This document shows positions 1 to 9,155 of a DNA stretch of 64,000 bases, in pieces (the stretch's first letter is position 1; every line of letters starts with the position of its first letter). The notes under the pieces are model-generated. The model did not search any database and was not told the origin of the DNA. It saw only the letters and a list, made by a program, of their open reading frames with translations. The stretch spans positions 1,184,001 to 1,248,000 of the forward strand of contig OY970195.1 of the NCBI GenBank assembly GCA_963708185.1. The letters run 5' to 3'. The stretch is from Candidatus Peregrinibacteria bacterium (GTDB lineage Bacteria > Patescibacteriota > Gracilibacteria > UBA1369). The position numbers were made by a program, and so were the translations under genes.

Positions 1-192
1 GCGAGGGAGGTTTGGGTCTTGCTGGTCCCAAACCGATCGCCAAATAGAGGAAAGGGTCCTGTCTCGCGACCGGACCCTTTCCCTCCTTACCCCAAAAAAA
101 TCTGTCGTATTTGTCTTCAATCTAGACCGACCCGCAAGCGGGTCTGAGCCTGCGCTTTTGAGCGCCCAATAAGTGGAGTGTCATGAAGGTTA

Positions 193-1026
193 CTATTTCA
201 AAATTCTCAGCTCCTGCATAACCTTTGAACAGTTCTGGCGTGCCTGGTTATACGTCGCGCGGGCGGTTCTGATCATTTTTATACCGTCATTCATAATCTG
301 AGCGCCCTGCTCTTCCTGGTCGCGATCAAGGTTTTCCATCTGCACGAACTTATTTTTGGCATCCTGTAAATTCTGGTTGCCTTCCTGGAGAAGCTGCTGG
401 CAGTCCTGAAGCGCACTGTTTACGTCCTGGGTATCCTTGCCCTGGGCTTTCATAAGGGTGATCCTTTTTTGAGCAAGATCAAACAATACATTTGATTTGC
501 CCGTGTTCTGCGTGAATTGGGTTATACGGGTTTCGACGCGCTTGCTGATGTTCTTTTTTACGTCGGTTTTCGCGTCCATGATGAGCGTATGGGTGTCCTG
601 CGCAACGGCCTTGAGATCCTCCGCCGCAGTAGCGTTCTGGGCCGGGCTTCAAGAGCTTTTACCCGGTCGATATAATCCTGGATGGTTGCCGTGACGTCGG
701 CGTTGGTGATGCCATCCATACTTTGGAGTACTTGCGCTTTCTGAAGGGTGTCTTCGCAGTGAACTTCCAAACGGTTCAGCATGTCGACAAGCAGCATTTT
801 TGCTTTCTGGATCGTCATTTGCTGCATGGTCATGCCTCCCTGATCAAGAGAGTTCCGGGCTGTCGATGTTTCATCTCCGGTTTCAGGCGTATCCGTGGCA
901 CCCGTTTCCGATGTCTGATCGGATGTGCCCGTACGGAGCTTCCTGGGACATGGCGATGCCCGGGAGCATCATTCCCGTCATAAGGATCGTGATCGTAGCG
1001 ATTGCTGTGATATTCGGTTTCTTCAT
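193..1026 (-). CDS. Secreted helical/coiled-coil protein, third gene of ECF module 1; broken by two apparent frameshifts (~923, ~643)
   Basis: ATG at 1026 gives signal peptide MKKPNITAIATITILMTGMMLPGIAMSQE; an acidic linker in another frame runs into ORF 558..833, which shifts into ORF 193..579 (…AQNATAAEDLKAVAQDTHTLIMDAK). Confidence 0.65.
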
Positions 1027-1033
1027 GGTTGCG

Positions 1034-1414
1034 TTAGAAATTACCTTCAGCTATAAGACGAATGCCGCTGTCGATTTGATTCAGTTCGTCATTGTCGAAA
1101 TCCTGGACGATCTGCTCTTCCTGGGTTCCGGCGTCAAAGGTCACCAGACGCGTATCGCTGGCCGGAGTTTCAATATTCGTTGCGGTCTGCGCATCATTGT
1201 TTTGCTGCGCATTCTGCTGAACGACCCCTCCTTTAAAGTTCAGGAGAACAACAGCTATCACCAAGGCTCCTGAAAAAGTCGGGATGAAAAATTTTAAAAA
1301 ACCACCCCAAAAAGGTTTTCGAGCGCGTTCATGCCCTGCGGAGTATTGCGCGCGGTAAGCCATCCTGAGCTCGTTTTCGAGCTTATTGATGAATTGTGGA
1401 GTCGGTTTTTTCAT
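1034..1414 (-). CDS. Putative membrane anti-sigma factor
   Basis: Directly downstream of ECF sigma; N-terminal P..QF..KLENEL helix, one TM segment, short polar C-terminus; ATG at 1414. Confidence 0.65.
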   Translation of the reverse strand: MKKPTPQFINKLENELRMAYRAQYSAGHERARKPFWGGFLKFFIPTFSGALVIAVVLLNFKGGVVQQNAQQNNDAQTATNIETPASDTRLVTFDAGTQEEQIVQDFDNDELNQIDSGIRLIAEGNF

Positions 1415-1444
1415 AAGCACACGTTGAGTGTAGCAAAGGTTACA

Positions 1445-2011
1445 TTAAAAACTGTCATTTGACGCCGAGACAAGCTGATTGGCTTTTTTGAGAGCCCTGT
1501 GCTGGAGGACTTTGGCGTTTTCTTCGGATATGCCGAGTTCTTTGGCGGTTTCAAGCACGCTATATCCTTTAAGAAACCGCAGCTCAAGGACGTTGCGGTA
1601 GTTTTCAGGGAGGGAAGCGAGGATCTTGTCCAGCACGTGGACTTTCTGGTCGTGTTCCGGCGATCCCTCATTCGTTTTTAGTTCTTCAAAAGCCGCATTT
1701 TCATCGAGTTCGACCGTGGATTCATTATAGCGCTCGCGGTATTTGGCTAAAATCAAGTGTTTGGCTATTCCGTAAAGCCAGTTTTTGAACGTCGATTTAC
1801 CAGAAAAACTGGCGAGGCTTTTCAGGGCGTGAAAAAAAGTCTCCGACGTCAGGTCCTCCGCGTCCTGCTGATTATTCACCTTTGAAAAAACAAAGCGGTA
1901 AAGCGAAGAAACATGTTGGTGGTACAGCTGAATGAAGGCTTCTTCTTCTCCGGCGACGGCCTCCATGATCAACTCCTGTTCGGCACTGTTTTTACCTTTT
2001 TCCGTATGCAT
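1445..2011 (-). CDS. ECF RNA polymerase sigma factor
   Basis: Region 2 DAEDLTSETF…FKNWLYGIAK and region 4 LPENYRNVLELRFLKGYS..ETAKELG; 188 aa. Confidence 0.95.
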   Translation of the reverse strand: MHTEKGKNSAEQELIMEAVAGEEEAFIQLYHQHVSSLYRFVFSKVNNQQDAEDLTSETFFHALKSLASFSGKSTFKNWLYGIAKHLILAKYRERYNESTVELDENAAFEELKTNEGSPEHDQKVHVLDKILASLPENYRNVLELRFLKGYSVLETAKELGISEENAKVLQHRALKKANQLVSASNDSF

Positions 2012-2123
2012 TTCCGGGGTACGGATAAACGAAGTGAGCTCTTATTATAGTGTCTGCGTCGATTTTGTCCACTGGTATGTCGGGCGGAAGGCTGGCATAC
2101 CGCAACACCAAGCTCTTTATTCC

Positions 2124-2152
2124 TTGACTTGCATAAAACTTTACCCTATTAT
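2124..2152 (+). promoter_or_regulatory. Sigma70-type promoter of infC-rpmI-rplT
   Basis: TTGACT-N17-TATTAT. Confidence 0.6.
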
Positions 2153-2195
2153 CCTGAAGCAATTTTGCCGATTTGCTATTTCTTAACACCAAGAT

Positions 2196-2705
2196 ATTAG
2201 CAAGAAGTTAAGGATTAACAGACAGATTCGTGTTCCAGCCGTGCGTCTCATCGACGAAGATGACGAACAGTTGGGCGAAAAAACCCTTGAAGAAGCTTTG
2301 CAATTAGCGTCTGAACGAGGACTTGACCTGGTGGAGGTGGCTCCAAAGGCCGTGCCCCCGGTTTGCAAGCTCATGGATTACGGTAAATATCTTTACCGCC
2401 AGAACAAGATCGAGCAAAAGCATAAGAAGATGCAAAAACAGGGTGAAATGAAAGGAGTTCGCCTCAGCTACAGCATCGACAAACATGACCTTGAAACAAA
2501 AATACGGCAGGCGGAAAACTTCCTGAAACATCACAACAGTGTCAAAGTAACGTTGATGTTCAAAGGAAGAGAAGCTTCCCACGCCGATCTTGGAAAGGAA
2601 AAGATGCAAATGTTCATCGACGCACTCAAGGACATCGCGCAGGTTGAAGAGATTCCCAAAAAACACGGCCACACTATGTTCATGGTTCTCGTCCCACTTA
2701 AATAA
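2196..2705 (+). CDS. infC: Translation initiation factor IF-3 (probable ATT start)
   Basis: GLDLVEVAP..VPPVCKLMDYGKY and VKVTLMFKGRE motifs; in-frame ATT at 2196 (ISKKLRINRQIR) just after in-frame TAA 2184, the typical infC start. Confidence 0.97.
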   Translation: MSKKLRINRQIRVPAVRLIDEDDEQLGEKTLEEALQLASERGLDLVEVAPKAVPPVCKLMDYGKYLYRQNKIEQKHKKMQKQGEMKGVRLSYSIDKHDLETKIRQAENFLKHHNSVKVTLMFKGREASHADLGKEKMQMFIDALKDIAQVEEIPKKHGHTMFMVLVPLK

Positions 2706-2711
2706 TTTTCT

Positions 2712-2906
2712 ATGAAACTCAAGACGCACAGCGCTGCAAAAAAGCGTTTCAAAATCACCGGAACCGGCAAGCTCATTGCCAACAAGGCCGGGAAAAAACA
2801 TCTTCTTTTTAACAAGTCCAAGCGCCAGAAGAAACTTCACAAGAGCGGCATGGGACTTTACGCAAAAGATGAAGCCAACATCAAGAAGCTTCTCCCTTAC
2901 GCCTAA
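2712..2906 (+). CDS. rpmI: 50S ribosomal protein L35
   Basis: MKLKTHSAAKKRFKITGTGK; synteny with infC/rplT. Confidence 0.98.
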   Translation: MKLKTHSAAKKRFKITGTGKLIANKAGKKHLLFNKSKRQKKLHKSGMGLYAKDEANIKKLLPYA

Positions 2907-2932
2907 CCTCTTATCCATTCTCCTCAACTGAC

Positions 2933-3280
2933 ATGACTCGCATTAAACGTGGTGTAGCTTCCCATCGTCGCCATAAGAAGCTCCTCAAATCAACCAAAGG
3001 CTATAAAAACCTCCGCAGACGCATCGTAAAATGGGCAAAGAACGCGTCGAACAAAGCCGGACAGAACAGCTACGTGGGACGAAAGATGCGCAAACGCGAC
3101 ATGCGCAGCCTGTGGATCACCCGCATCAACGCCGCCTGCCGGGCAGAAGACCTGAGTTACAGCCGTCTCATGTATGGCCTGCTCAAGGCAAAAGTGAAGG
3201 TTGATCGCAAAATACTGTCTGAGCTCGCCGTCAACAACCCTGAAGTTTTCAAGAAGTTCGTGGAAGTCGCAAAAAAATAA
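2933..3280 (+). CDS. rplT: 50S ribosomal protein L20
   Basis: MTRIKRG…RSLWITRINAA…DRKILSELA. Confidence 0.98.
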   Translation: MTRIKRGVASHRRHKKLLKSTKGYKNLRRRIVKWAKNASNKAGQNSYVGRKMRKRDMRSLWITRINAACRAEDLSYSRLMYGLLKAKVKVDRKILSELAVNNPEVFKKFVEVAKK

Positions 3281-3300
3281 AGATTTACCAGGCACATTTC

Positions 3301-3328
3301 AAAAGATCCCCGTACGGGGATCTTTTTT
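3301..3328 (+). terminator. Rho-independent terminator after rplT (probably bidirectional)
   Basis: AAAAGATCCCCG-TA-CGGGGATCTTTTTT. Confidence 0.85.
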
Positions 3329-3396
3329 GTTGCGGATGACACGGCTCGATCAAGGACCATTGGCATCACAGCGCTGTATGACAGAGCGTGGATTCA

Positions 3397-3675
3397 TTAA
3401 TAAATTTCGAAGCCGGAAAACTCCTCATCCGATTTTGGCTCTTCATAGGAGGTTTCGATGTTCTCAACCTTTGCGAAATCCGGCCCTTTTTGGCACCAGG
3501 CAGCGAGTTTTTGCAAATCGGATTCATCGCCAACAGCAACAACCGTCACCGTGCCGTCACGGTTATTCCGGGCGTACCCTTTGAGGCCGAGCTTCACGGC
3601 CTGCACCCGGGTTTCCGCACGATAAAAGACGCCCTGGACGCGACCTCTAACCCTGAGTGTTGCCCGCTTGATCAT
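3397..3675 (-). CDS. acyP: Acylphosphatase
   Basis: VRGRVQGVFYR…GLKGYARN..DGTV. Confidence 0.95.
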   Translation of the reverse strand: MIKRATLRVRGRVQGVFYRAETRVQAVKLGLKGYARNNRDGTVTVVAVGDESDLQKLAAWCQKGPDFAKVENIETSYEEPKSDEEFSGFEIY

Positions 3676-4336
3676 TGGCGTAGGTCGTGATGGTCACCTT
3701 CTTGATATTTACCATTTTGCTGGGTTCCTCCGTTCCGGGGACCTGGAGATCCTGGATCTTCTCGGCGACGTCCATACCTTCATAAACCTGTCCGATCGGA
3801 GAATAGGAGCCGTCCAGAAACGGCGTGCCGTCTTTGGCGGTGACGATGAAAAACTGGCTGCCGATGGAGACAGGAGCCGCGGTTTTGGCCATGGAAACGG
3901 TTCCGTAGAGGTGGTGAAGCGAAGGATCAATTTCATTCGGCAAAGCCGTATTCGGACCCTTGTAGCTATAGCCTCCGGTTCCGTCATGATTCTCGAAATC
4001 ACCCCCCTGGATCATAAAATCCTTGACGACGCGATGGAACGGGCTGCCGTCATATTTCCCGGCCTTGGCCAGCTCCATGAAATTCGTGGTCAATGTGGGG
4101 ACTTGCTGAGTAAAGAGTTTGAATTTGACAGTTCCCATGTCCGTCTCCAGGATGGCGACCGTGTCACCGGGCTGAGGAGTAGCGAGCTGGGCCTGGTTTT
4201 GAGCGTCGGCCGAAGCGGCCGTACTCGTGGTGAGTGAAGTGGTTTGGGAATATTGGGTGTTTTGACCGTTTTGCGATGCACAGGCTGTGAGCATAAAAAG
4301 AGCTGGGACAAAGAATAACGAGAGTGCTTTTTTCAT
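3647..4336 (-). CDS. Cyclophilin-type peptidyl-prolyl isomerase, lipoprotein
   Basis: Lipobox LTAC; FHRVVKDFMIQGGD, GTVSMA, GSQFFI, LDG.Y motifs. Confidence 0.93.
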   Translation of the reverse strand: MKKALSLFFVPALFMLTACASQNGQNTQYSQTTSLTTSTAASADAQNQAQLATPQPGDTVAILETDMGTVKFKLFTQQVPTLTTNFMELAKAGKYDGSPFHRVVKDFMIQGGDFENHDGTGGYSYKGPNTALPNEIDPSLHHLYGTVSMAKTAAPVSIGSQFFIVTAKDGTPFLDGSYSPIGQVYEGMDVAEKIQDLQVPGTEEPSKMVNIKKVTITTYANDQAGNTQG

Positions 4337-4419
4337 AGTATTTAAGCGTTAAATTCTGGTATATGGTGTTTGATTTTCTTGTTCTATTTTGCTATGGTTG
4401 AGGCCTGTTTTCAAGCCTT

Positions 4420-5694
4420 ATGAAAACATTTTTCAAAAAACTTGTTCTGCGCGCCCTGAATGCGCTTGCCCGAATCCGCCTCAAACGCCTCAGACCTTTT
4501 ATTATCGGCGTTACCGGCTCCGTGGGAAAGACCAGCAGCAAAGACGCGATCTTTTCACTTTTATCCACAAGATACGCCGTTATCCGAAACAAAAAAAGCT
4601 TTAACAGTGATTTCGGCCTGCCTTTGGCTATCCTTGAACAGGATTCCGGGTTTTCTTCGCCGGTCGAATGGCTCGTCATTCTCTTCAAAAGTTTTTGGAA
4701 AGTTTTTTTCGGAGGCAAGAGAGTCAACATGATGGTGTTGGAAATGGGAGTGGACAAGCCCGGAGACATGATGACGCTTTTGAAGCTGGTCCATCCGCAG
4801 ATCGGGGTCATGACGAGCATCAAACCGGTTCATCTCGCCGAAGGGCAGTTCAAAAATCTCGAAGACATTTTTGATGAAAAGAAAAAACTGGTTGAAGCTC
4901 TGCCGGAAAAAGGCATCGCCATCCTGAACGCGGACGATCCTTACCAGCTGGGCCTCAGAGAAACTCTTCAGTGCAAAAAAATCTTTTACGGCGTTTCCGA
5001 AGTGGCGGACCTGCGCGTACTTGCGGCAGAAAGCACCATCAAGGGGATCAGCTGCACGATCCAGTACAAAGATGACGTGGTGATCGGGAACTTTTCCGTG
5101 CTGGGATCGTTCCAGGTTTACGTTCTGCTGCCCGCAATTGCCGTGGGCATCACCCAGGGCTTCACCCTCCAGGAGTGCGTCGATGCCCTGCAAAATTTCA
5201 CTCCACCGCCGGGGCGCATGACGATGATTCCGGGAGTACACGAAAGCACGCTTCTGGACAGCACCTACAATGCTTCGCCCGAAGCCGTCAAAGAGGCTTT
5301 GAATCTTTTGGGAGAGGTGGCGGAAGGCAGAAAGATTGCCGTATTGGGAAGTATGAACGAACTTGGAGGACAGGCCGAAGAGCTCCATCGTGAAGTGGGA
5401 AAACATGCCCGGAAACGCGCCGACGTTCTGGTGACGGTCGGGGGGATGGCCAAGCACATCGGGGAAGAAGCGCAGAAAGAAGGCATGTCCGTGCAAGATA
5501 TCTACCATTATTCCGACGCGGCCAAGGCCGCCGATTTTTTATCCACATTTATCCAAAAAGGGGATACCATTTTAGTGAAGGGGTCCCAAAACCGCGTCCG
5601 CCTGGAGCGCCTCGTCAAAGCTTTGATGGCGGACCCTTCAAAAGCGAGGAACTTGCTGGTGCGACAGGAAAAACACTGGGAGAACATTCAATAA
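4420..5694 (+). CDS. murF: UDP-MurNAc-tripeptide--D-Ala-D-Ala ligase
   Basis: GVTGSVGKTS, LEMGVDKPGDM, LNADD, DSTYNASP, VLGSMNELG, LVKGS. Confidence 0.92.
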   Translation: MKTFFKKLVLRALNALARIRLKRLRPFIIGVTGSVGKTSSKDAIFSLLSTRYAVIRNKKSFNSDFGLPLAILEQDSGFSSPVEWLVILFKSFWKVFFGGKRVNMMVLEMGVDKPGDMMTLLKLVHPQIGVMTSIKPVHLAEGQFKNLEDIFDEKKKLVEALPEKGIAILNADDPYQLGLRETLQCKKIFYGVSEVADLRVLAAESTIKGISCTIQYKDDVVIGNFSVLGSFQVYVLLPAIAVGITQGFTLQECVDALQNFTPPPGRMTMIPGVHESTLLDSTYNASPEAVKEALNLLGEVAEGRKIAVLGSMNELGGQAEELHREVGKHARKRADVLVTVGGMAKHIGEEAQKEGMSVQDIYHYSDAAKAADFLSTFIQKGDTILVKGSQNRVRLERLVKALMADPSKARNLLVRQEKHWENIQ

Positions 5695-5700
5695 TTTCGT

Positions 5701-6630
5701 ATGGCGAACCTGAATTACAACTGGGGAATCACCGGTCACAGTAAGCAGCTGTTATCTTTTGAAAACGACGTGGCCAGCGGGAACCTTGCGCACGCCTATC
5801 TTTTGACCGGACCGGCACACGTGGGGAAATACACCCTGGCCGGGCGGCTGGCGGCCGTGCTGCAGTGCGACGCGCACGGGTGCGGGAGTTGCGGGACATG
5901 CATCAACATCGCAAAAGGGTACCATCCCGACACGATCGAGATGAACGACAACGGTGAAACGATCAAGATCGAGCCGATGCGTGAAACGCTCGCCAGGCTT
6001 TCGACGACCGCACCCGGGAACTACAAAATTTTCTTGGTCCAGAACATTGACCGCATGACGTCCGAAGCCGCCAACGCCTTACTGAAAACGCTTGAAGAGC
6101 CTCCCTCGAAAGTACTGTTTCTTTTTACGAGCAGCCGGCCCGAGAATATTTTATCGACGATTCTTTCCCGCCTCAGGGTCGTAAAATTCAAAACCCTGAA
6201 TCAGGATGAAATCGCTGAACTTCTTCAAAAAAAATATCCTCTCGAAGCCCGGGATAAACTTCAAAAAGCCGCCGAATTTTCGTTCGGACTTCCGGGGCGG
6301 GCCGTGTTCTTCATGGAAAATGAGGAGGCTTTCTCCAGGGTCCAGGGGCTTTTTGAACGCGTCAGGCAGGTTCTGTCCGAAGGCGGCATTGCGGAAAAAT
6401 TCGCACTCGTTGACGAGGTCACCCGCGACGAGGAGCTTTTCGGAGAATTTTTTGATATTTTCCTTTTGGCATTACGGTATACAATGCTCGATGAAGCTCA
6501 AAACGGAGCTTCCGCCCAAAAACTTCAACGGACCATCGACACCCTTTTACAAACCCAGAAAGCGCTGCACCTTCAGAAGCGCAACGTCAACTCGAGACTT
6601 CTCTTTGAACACTTAATGCTCCAGACATGA
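5701..6630 (+). CDS. holB: DNA polymerase III subunit delta'
   Basis: HAYLLTGP..VGK, Zn module C…CGSCGTC, HPD, AANALLKTLEEP, TILSR. Confidence 0.92.
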   Translation: MANLNYNWGITGHSKQLLSFENDVASGNLAHAYLLTGPAHVGKYTLAGRLAAVLQCDAHGCGSCGTCINIAKGYHPDTIEMNDNGETIKIEPMRETLARLSTTAPGNYKIFLVQNIDRMTSEAANALLKTLEEPPSKVLFLFTSSRPENILSTILSRLRVVKFKTLNQDEIAELLQKKYPLEARDKLQKAAEFSFGLPGRAVFFMENEEAFSRVQGLFERVRQVLSEGGIAEKFALVDEVTRDEELFGEFFDIFLLALRYTMLDEAQNGASAQKLQRTIDTLLQTQKALHLQKRNVNSRLLFEHLMLQT

Positions 6631-7424
6631 TTCAATTTCTTGTTATTATCGTGGGCCTGATCGTCCTGGGCCTGATTTTTTTCCGCCGCTACATGATCCT
6701 GGAAAAAGGGAAGTCCTCATTCTCTTTTCTCGGAAGAAAACAGGGCGGAATGGATCTCCTTCATCTGCATAAAGACAAAGGCGGGTTTGAAATCACCGTT
6801 GAGGAGATGATTCCGGAACGTTCCAGCGTCGACGCAAAAAAAGTGGCGAAGGCCGACATCCTCGTCAAAAAAGCCGAGCCGGTTCTCGCCAAAGGAGATT
6901 TCGGACAGGGCGAAAGGCTGCTTATCCAGGCGCTTTCCCTGGACCCGAGCAACGTTGACGCCTACCATAAACTTGGGCTGCTTTACCTGCACCAGGGACA
7001 GTTCGGCAAGGCCGAAATGATGTATCAGAAACTCATCTTGAGTGTACCGAACGACCCGGTGTATTTCAGTAATCTGGCCGTCGCGCTTTACCAGCAGAAA
7101 AAGCTTGAAGGAGCAAAATCGAACTATAAAAAAGCCATTGAACTCGACTCTTCACGCGCCGGGAGAGTTTTCAGTCTGGCCCAGGTCCTCATGGAAATGG
7201 GCGAGGCCCAGGAAGCGCTCGATCACTTCAAAAAGGCAATATCCATGGACCCGAAAAATGTCGATTATTTGCTTTCTCTCGCACAAATCTATTTCGACAT
7301 GAATTTGCATGACGACGCCAAACTGATCCTGGATGAAATTCTTGCAGCTGACCCCGGGAACGCCATGGCGAAAGATATGCTCCGGAAGTTTACGGAAGGC
7401 GGCACGGGAGAAAGCAAAAAGTGA
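6627..7424 (+). CDS. Membrane-anchored TPR protein
   Basis: N-terminal TM; several TPR units (AYHKLG, YFSNLA..Y, KKAIELD, A…DPKN). Confidence 0.85.
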   Translation: MIQFLVIIVGLIVLGLIFFRRYMILEKGKSSFSFLGRKQGGMDLLHLHKDKGGFEITVEEMIPERSSVDAKKVAKADILVKKAEPVLAKGDFGQGERLLIQALSLDPSNVDAYHKLGLLYLHQGQFGKAEMMYQKLILSVPNDPVYFSNLAVALYQQKKLEGAKSNYKKAIELDSSRAGRVFSLAQVLMEMGEAQEALDHFKKAISMDPKNVDYLLSLAQIYFDMNLHDDAKLILDEILAADPGNAMAKDMLRKFTEGGTGESKK

Positions 7425-7435
7425 ACGCTCGTTTT

Positions 7436-9076
7436 TTATTTGGATTCCGGGCTTTTTTCCGGCGGCTTTTCCAGCAAAATCTCTCGAACCAGTTTGATGG
7501 CTAAGGGTTTGAATTTTTTGACGTCTTCGGGAGAAAGATTTTTATAGGATTCGTTGAGAAGAGTTATACTGTTCTTCATGGTGAGATAAAAACTGTCCGA
7601 GTCCCCCATCTGGTAGGCCCCTCCAAAAGATGAAGCTGAGGTTTCAATAAAATGACTGCTGATGCCGGGAAGCGGAATAGCATCTATCGGCATGTTTTTT
7701 GCATTTTCCCATCCATGGCTTGCGGCTCTAATATCCAGAATTATGACTGCAACTCCCCGCAGGTTGTTGAAAAATATGGCTCCGGGCTCAGTTTTCTCGG
7801 GAATCGCCAATCCCATCCGGTATTTTTTATGGACATTATAAACGTCGCCCAGTGCGTCGAGTTCGAACTGTTTATCTTTTATGTCCAAACTTTTTTGTGA
7901 GTCCAGCGCTTCTTTCAAAACACGCTTCAAGTCTTCGTCCGACACATCCTGGAGTGCTTTTTTCAAAAACCCCGGGGCTATTTTCAGGGCCAACTGTCTC
8001 AAGACTTCCTTCCGGGCCTTGAAGGATTCCCATGGTTTAAAGTCAGGATCAACCAACCTGAAGTAGCTTACGATAAAATTTACGTGCTGAACCGCGGAGA
8101 GTTCATCGGCCTTGAAAGAGTCCATGAGCGTTTTTTTCAGATTCTGTTTCCAGCTTTCAAGATCTTCTCCATCAATCTCCATGGCAACCCTCATCAGTTC
8201 GGCGAAATACTCTTTGAATTTTGAGTATTTTCCGAAATCAACCTCCTTGATCGCCTCGGGATAATCAAAGACGGGATGTCCCTGCTGATGCGATAAAACA
8301 AACAGGCAGTAGAGAAATTCGAGATTCTGGCGCGATGTTACGCCAGCCAGGTAGTTGAAATCTTCCGCGTGTCCGACAACCTCGTGATTGAACGTCTGGA
8401 AAGATTGCAGCATTTTCCATTCATCCTTTCCGTAGTCTTCATCTTCAACCAGGACTTCCCGCTGTTTGCTTTTATACAGACCGTCCGCTTTCAACATGTC
8501 GGGAAGTCCGGGGTAGTATTTTTTATCGTTCGGGTAAGGCTTGATGTACTGGAAAGAAACGGCATTGAGGTTCTTCCGGTTCCTGAGCGGAGCGGGTAAT
8601 TGCCGGATGTATTGCTGTATATAAGCTTGAAACGTTTTTTCGTCGAGTCCGTCGGGCAATCGTCCTTCCACTTTCAAGTCTGCCTGTGAACTGCCCGGGC
8701 TGATGTCCTCTTTTTCACTTCTTTCTTTTCCGTTGTAATTGAGAATCATTTCAAGTTTTCCATCAAAATAGCCGTTCAAGGCTTTATACATTTCGGGGGC
8801 GGGGGGCAGAGGCATGCCCCAGTCCTGTTCCGATCCCCTTTCATTCAAGATGTTTTCCAACTTTCCCAGATTGGCAGCGCAGCTGTTTTGGGTGGCAAGG
8901 AGCGTGGCGAATGAGACCGCTCTGACGATCGCTGAAACTTTGCGGAGTGCCGATGAAACGGTGAGCTGACTGGCATTTCTTTCTACATTTATTTCCGGTT
9001 GTGGAGGAAGGTTCCCGTGCTTCATGCGCTGTAAAAGAATGGCCAATGTTATAAGTCTTTTCGCCATATTTGTCAA
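7436..9076 (-). CDS. Hypothetical exported protein with zincin-like HExxGH…EYFAE motif
   Basis: 546-aa ORF; hydrophobic segment ending NSC; NHEVVGH and KEYFAE; start uncertain. Confidence 0.6.
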   Translation of the reverse strand: MTNMAKRLITLAILLQRMKHGNLPPQPEINVERNASQLTVSSALRKVSAIVRAVSFATLLATQNSCAANLGKLENILNERGSEQDWGMPLPPAPEMYKALNGYFDGKLEMILNYNGKERSEKEDISPGSSQADLKVEGRLPDGLDEKTFQAYIQQYIRQLPAPLRNRKNLNAVSFQYIKPYPNDKKYYPGLPDMLKADGLYKSKQREVLVEDEDYGKDEWKMLQSFQTFNHEVVGHAEDFNYLAGVTSRQNLEFLYCLFVLSHQQGHPVFDYPEAIKEVDFGKYSKFKEYFAELMRVAMEIDGEDLESWKQNLKKTLMDSFKADELSAVQHVNFIVSYFRLVDPDFKPWESFKARKEVLRQLALKIAPGFLKKALQDVSDEDLKRVLKEALDSQKSLDIKDKQFELDALGDVYNVHKKYRMGLAIPEKTEPGAIFFNNLRGVAVIILDIRAASHGWENAKNMPIDAIPLPGISSHFIETSASSFGGAYQMGDSDSFYLTMKNSITLLNESYKNLSPEDVKKFKPLAIKLVREILLEKPPEKSPESK

Positions 9077-9155
9077 TATTCAATATGGCTTGCCGAAGGC
9101 AAGAGTTTAATTTCTTGAATCTACAGGATGGAAGCGTCAATCGCGCAAGATCCGG

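Noticed and set aside
30-90. RNase P RNA (GAGGAAAG motif)
   Set aside because: Reads GAGGAAAGGGTCC within a local hairpin rather than GAGGAAAGTCC; other conserved RNase P elements not found
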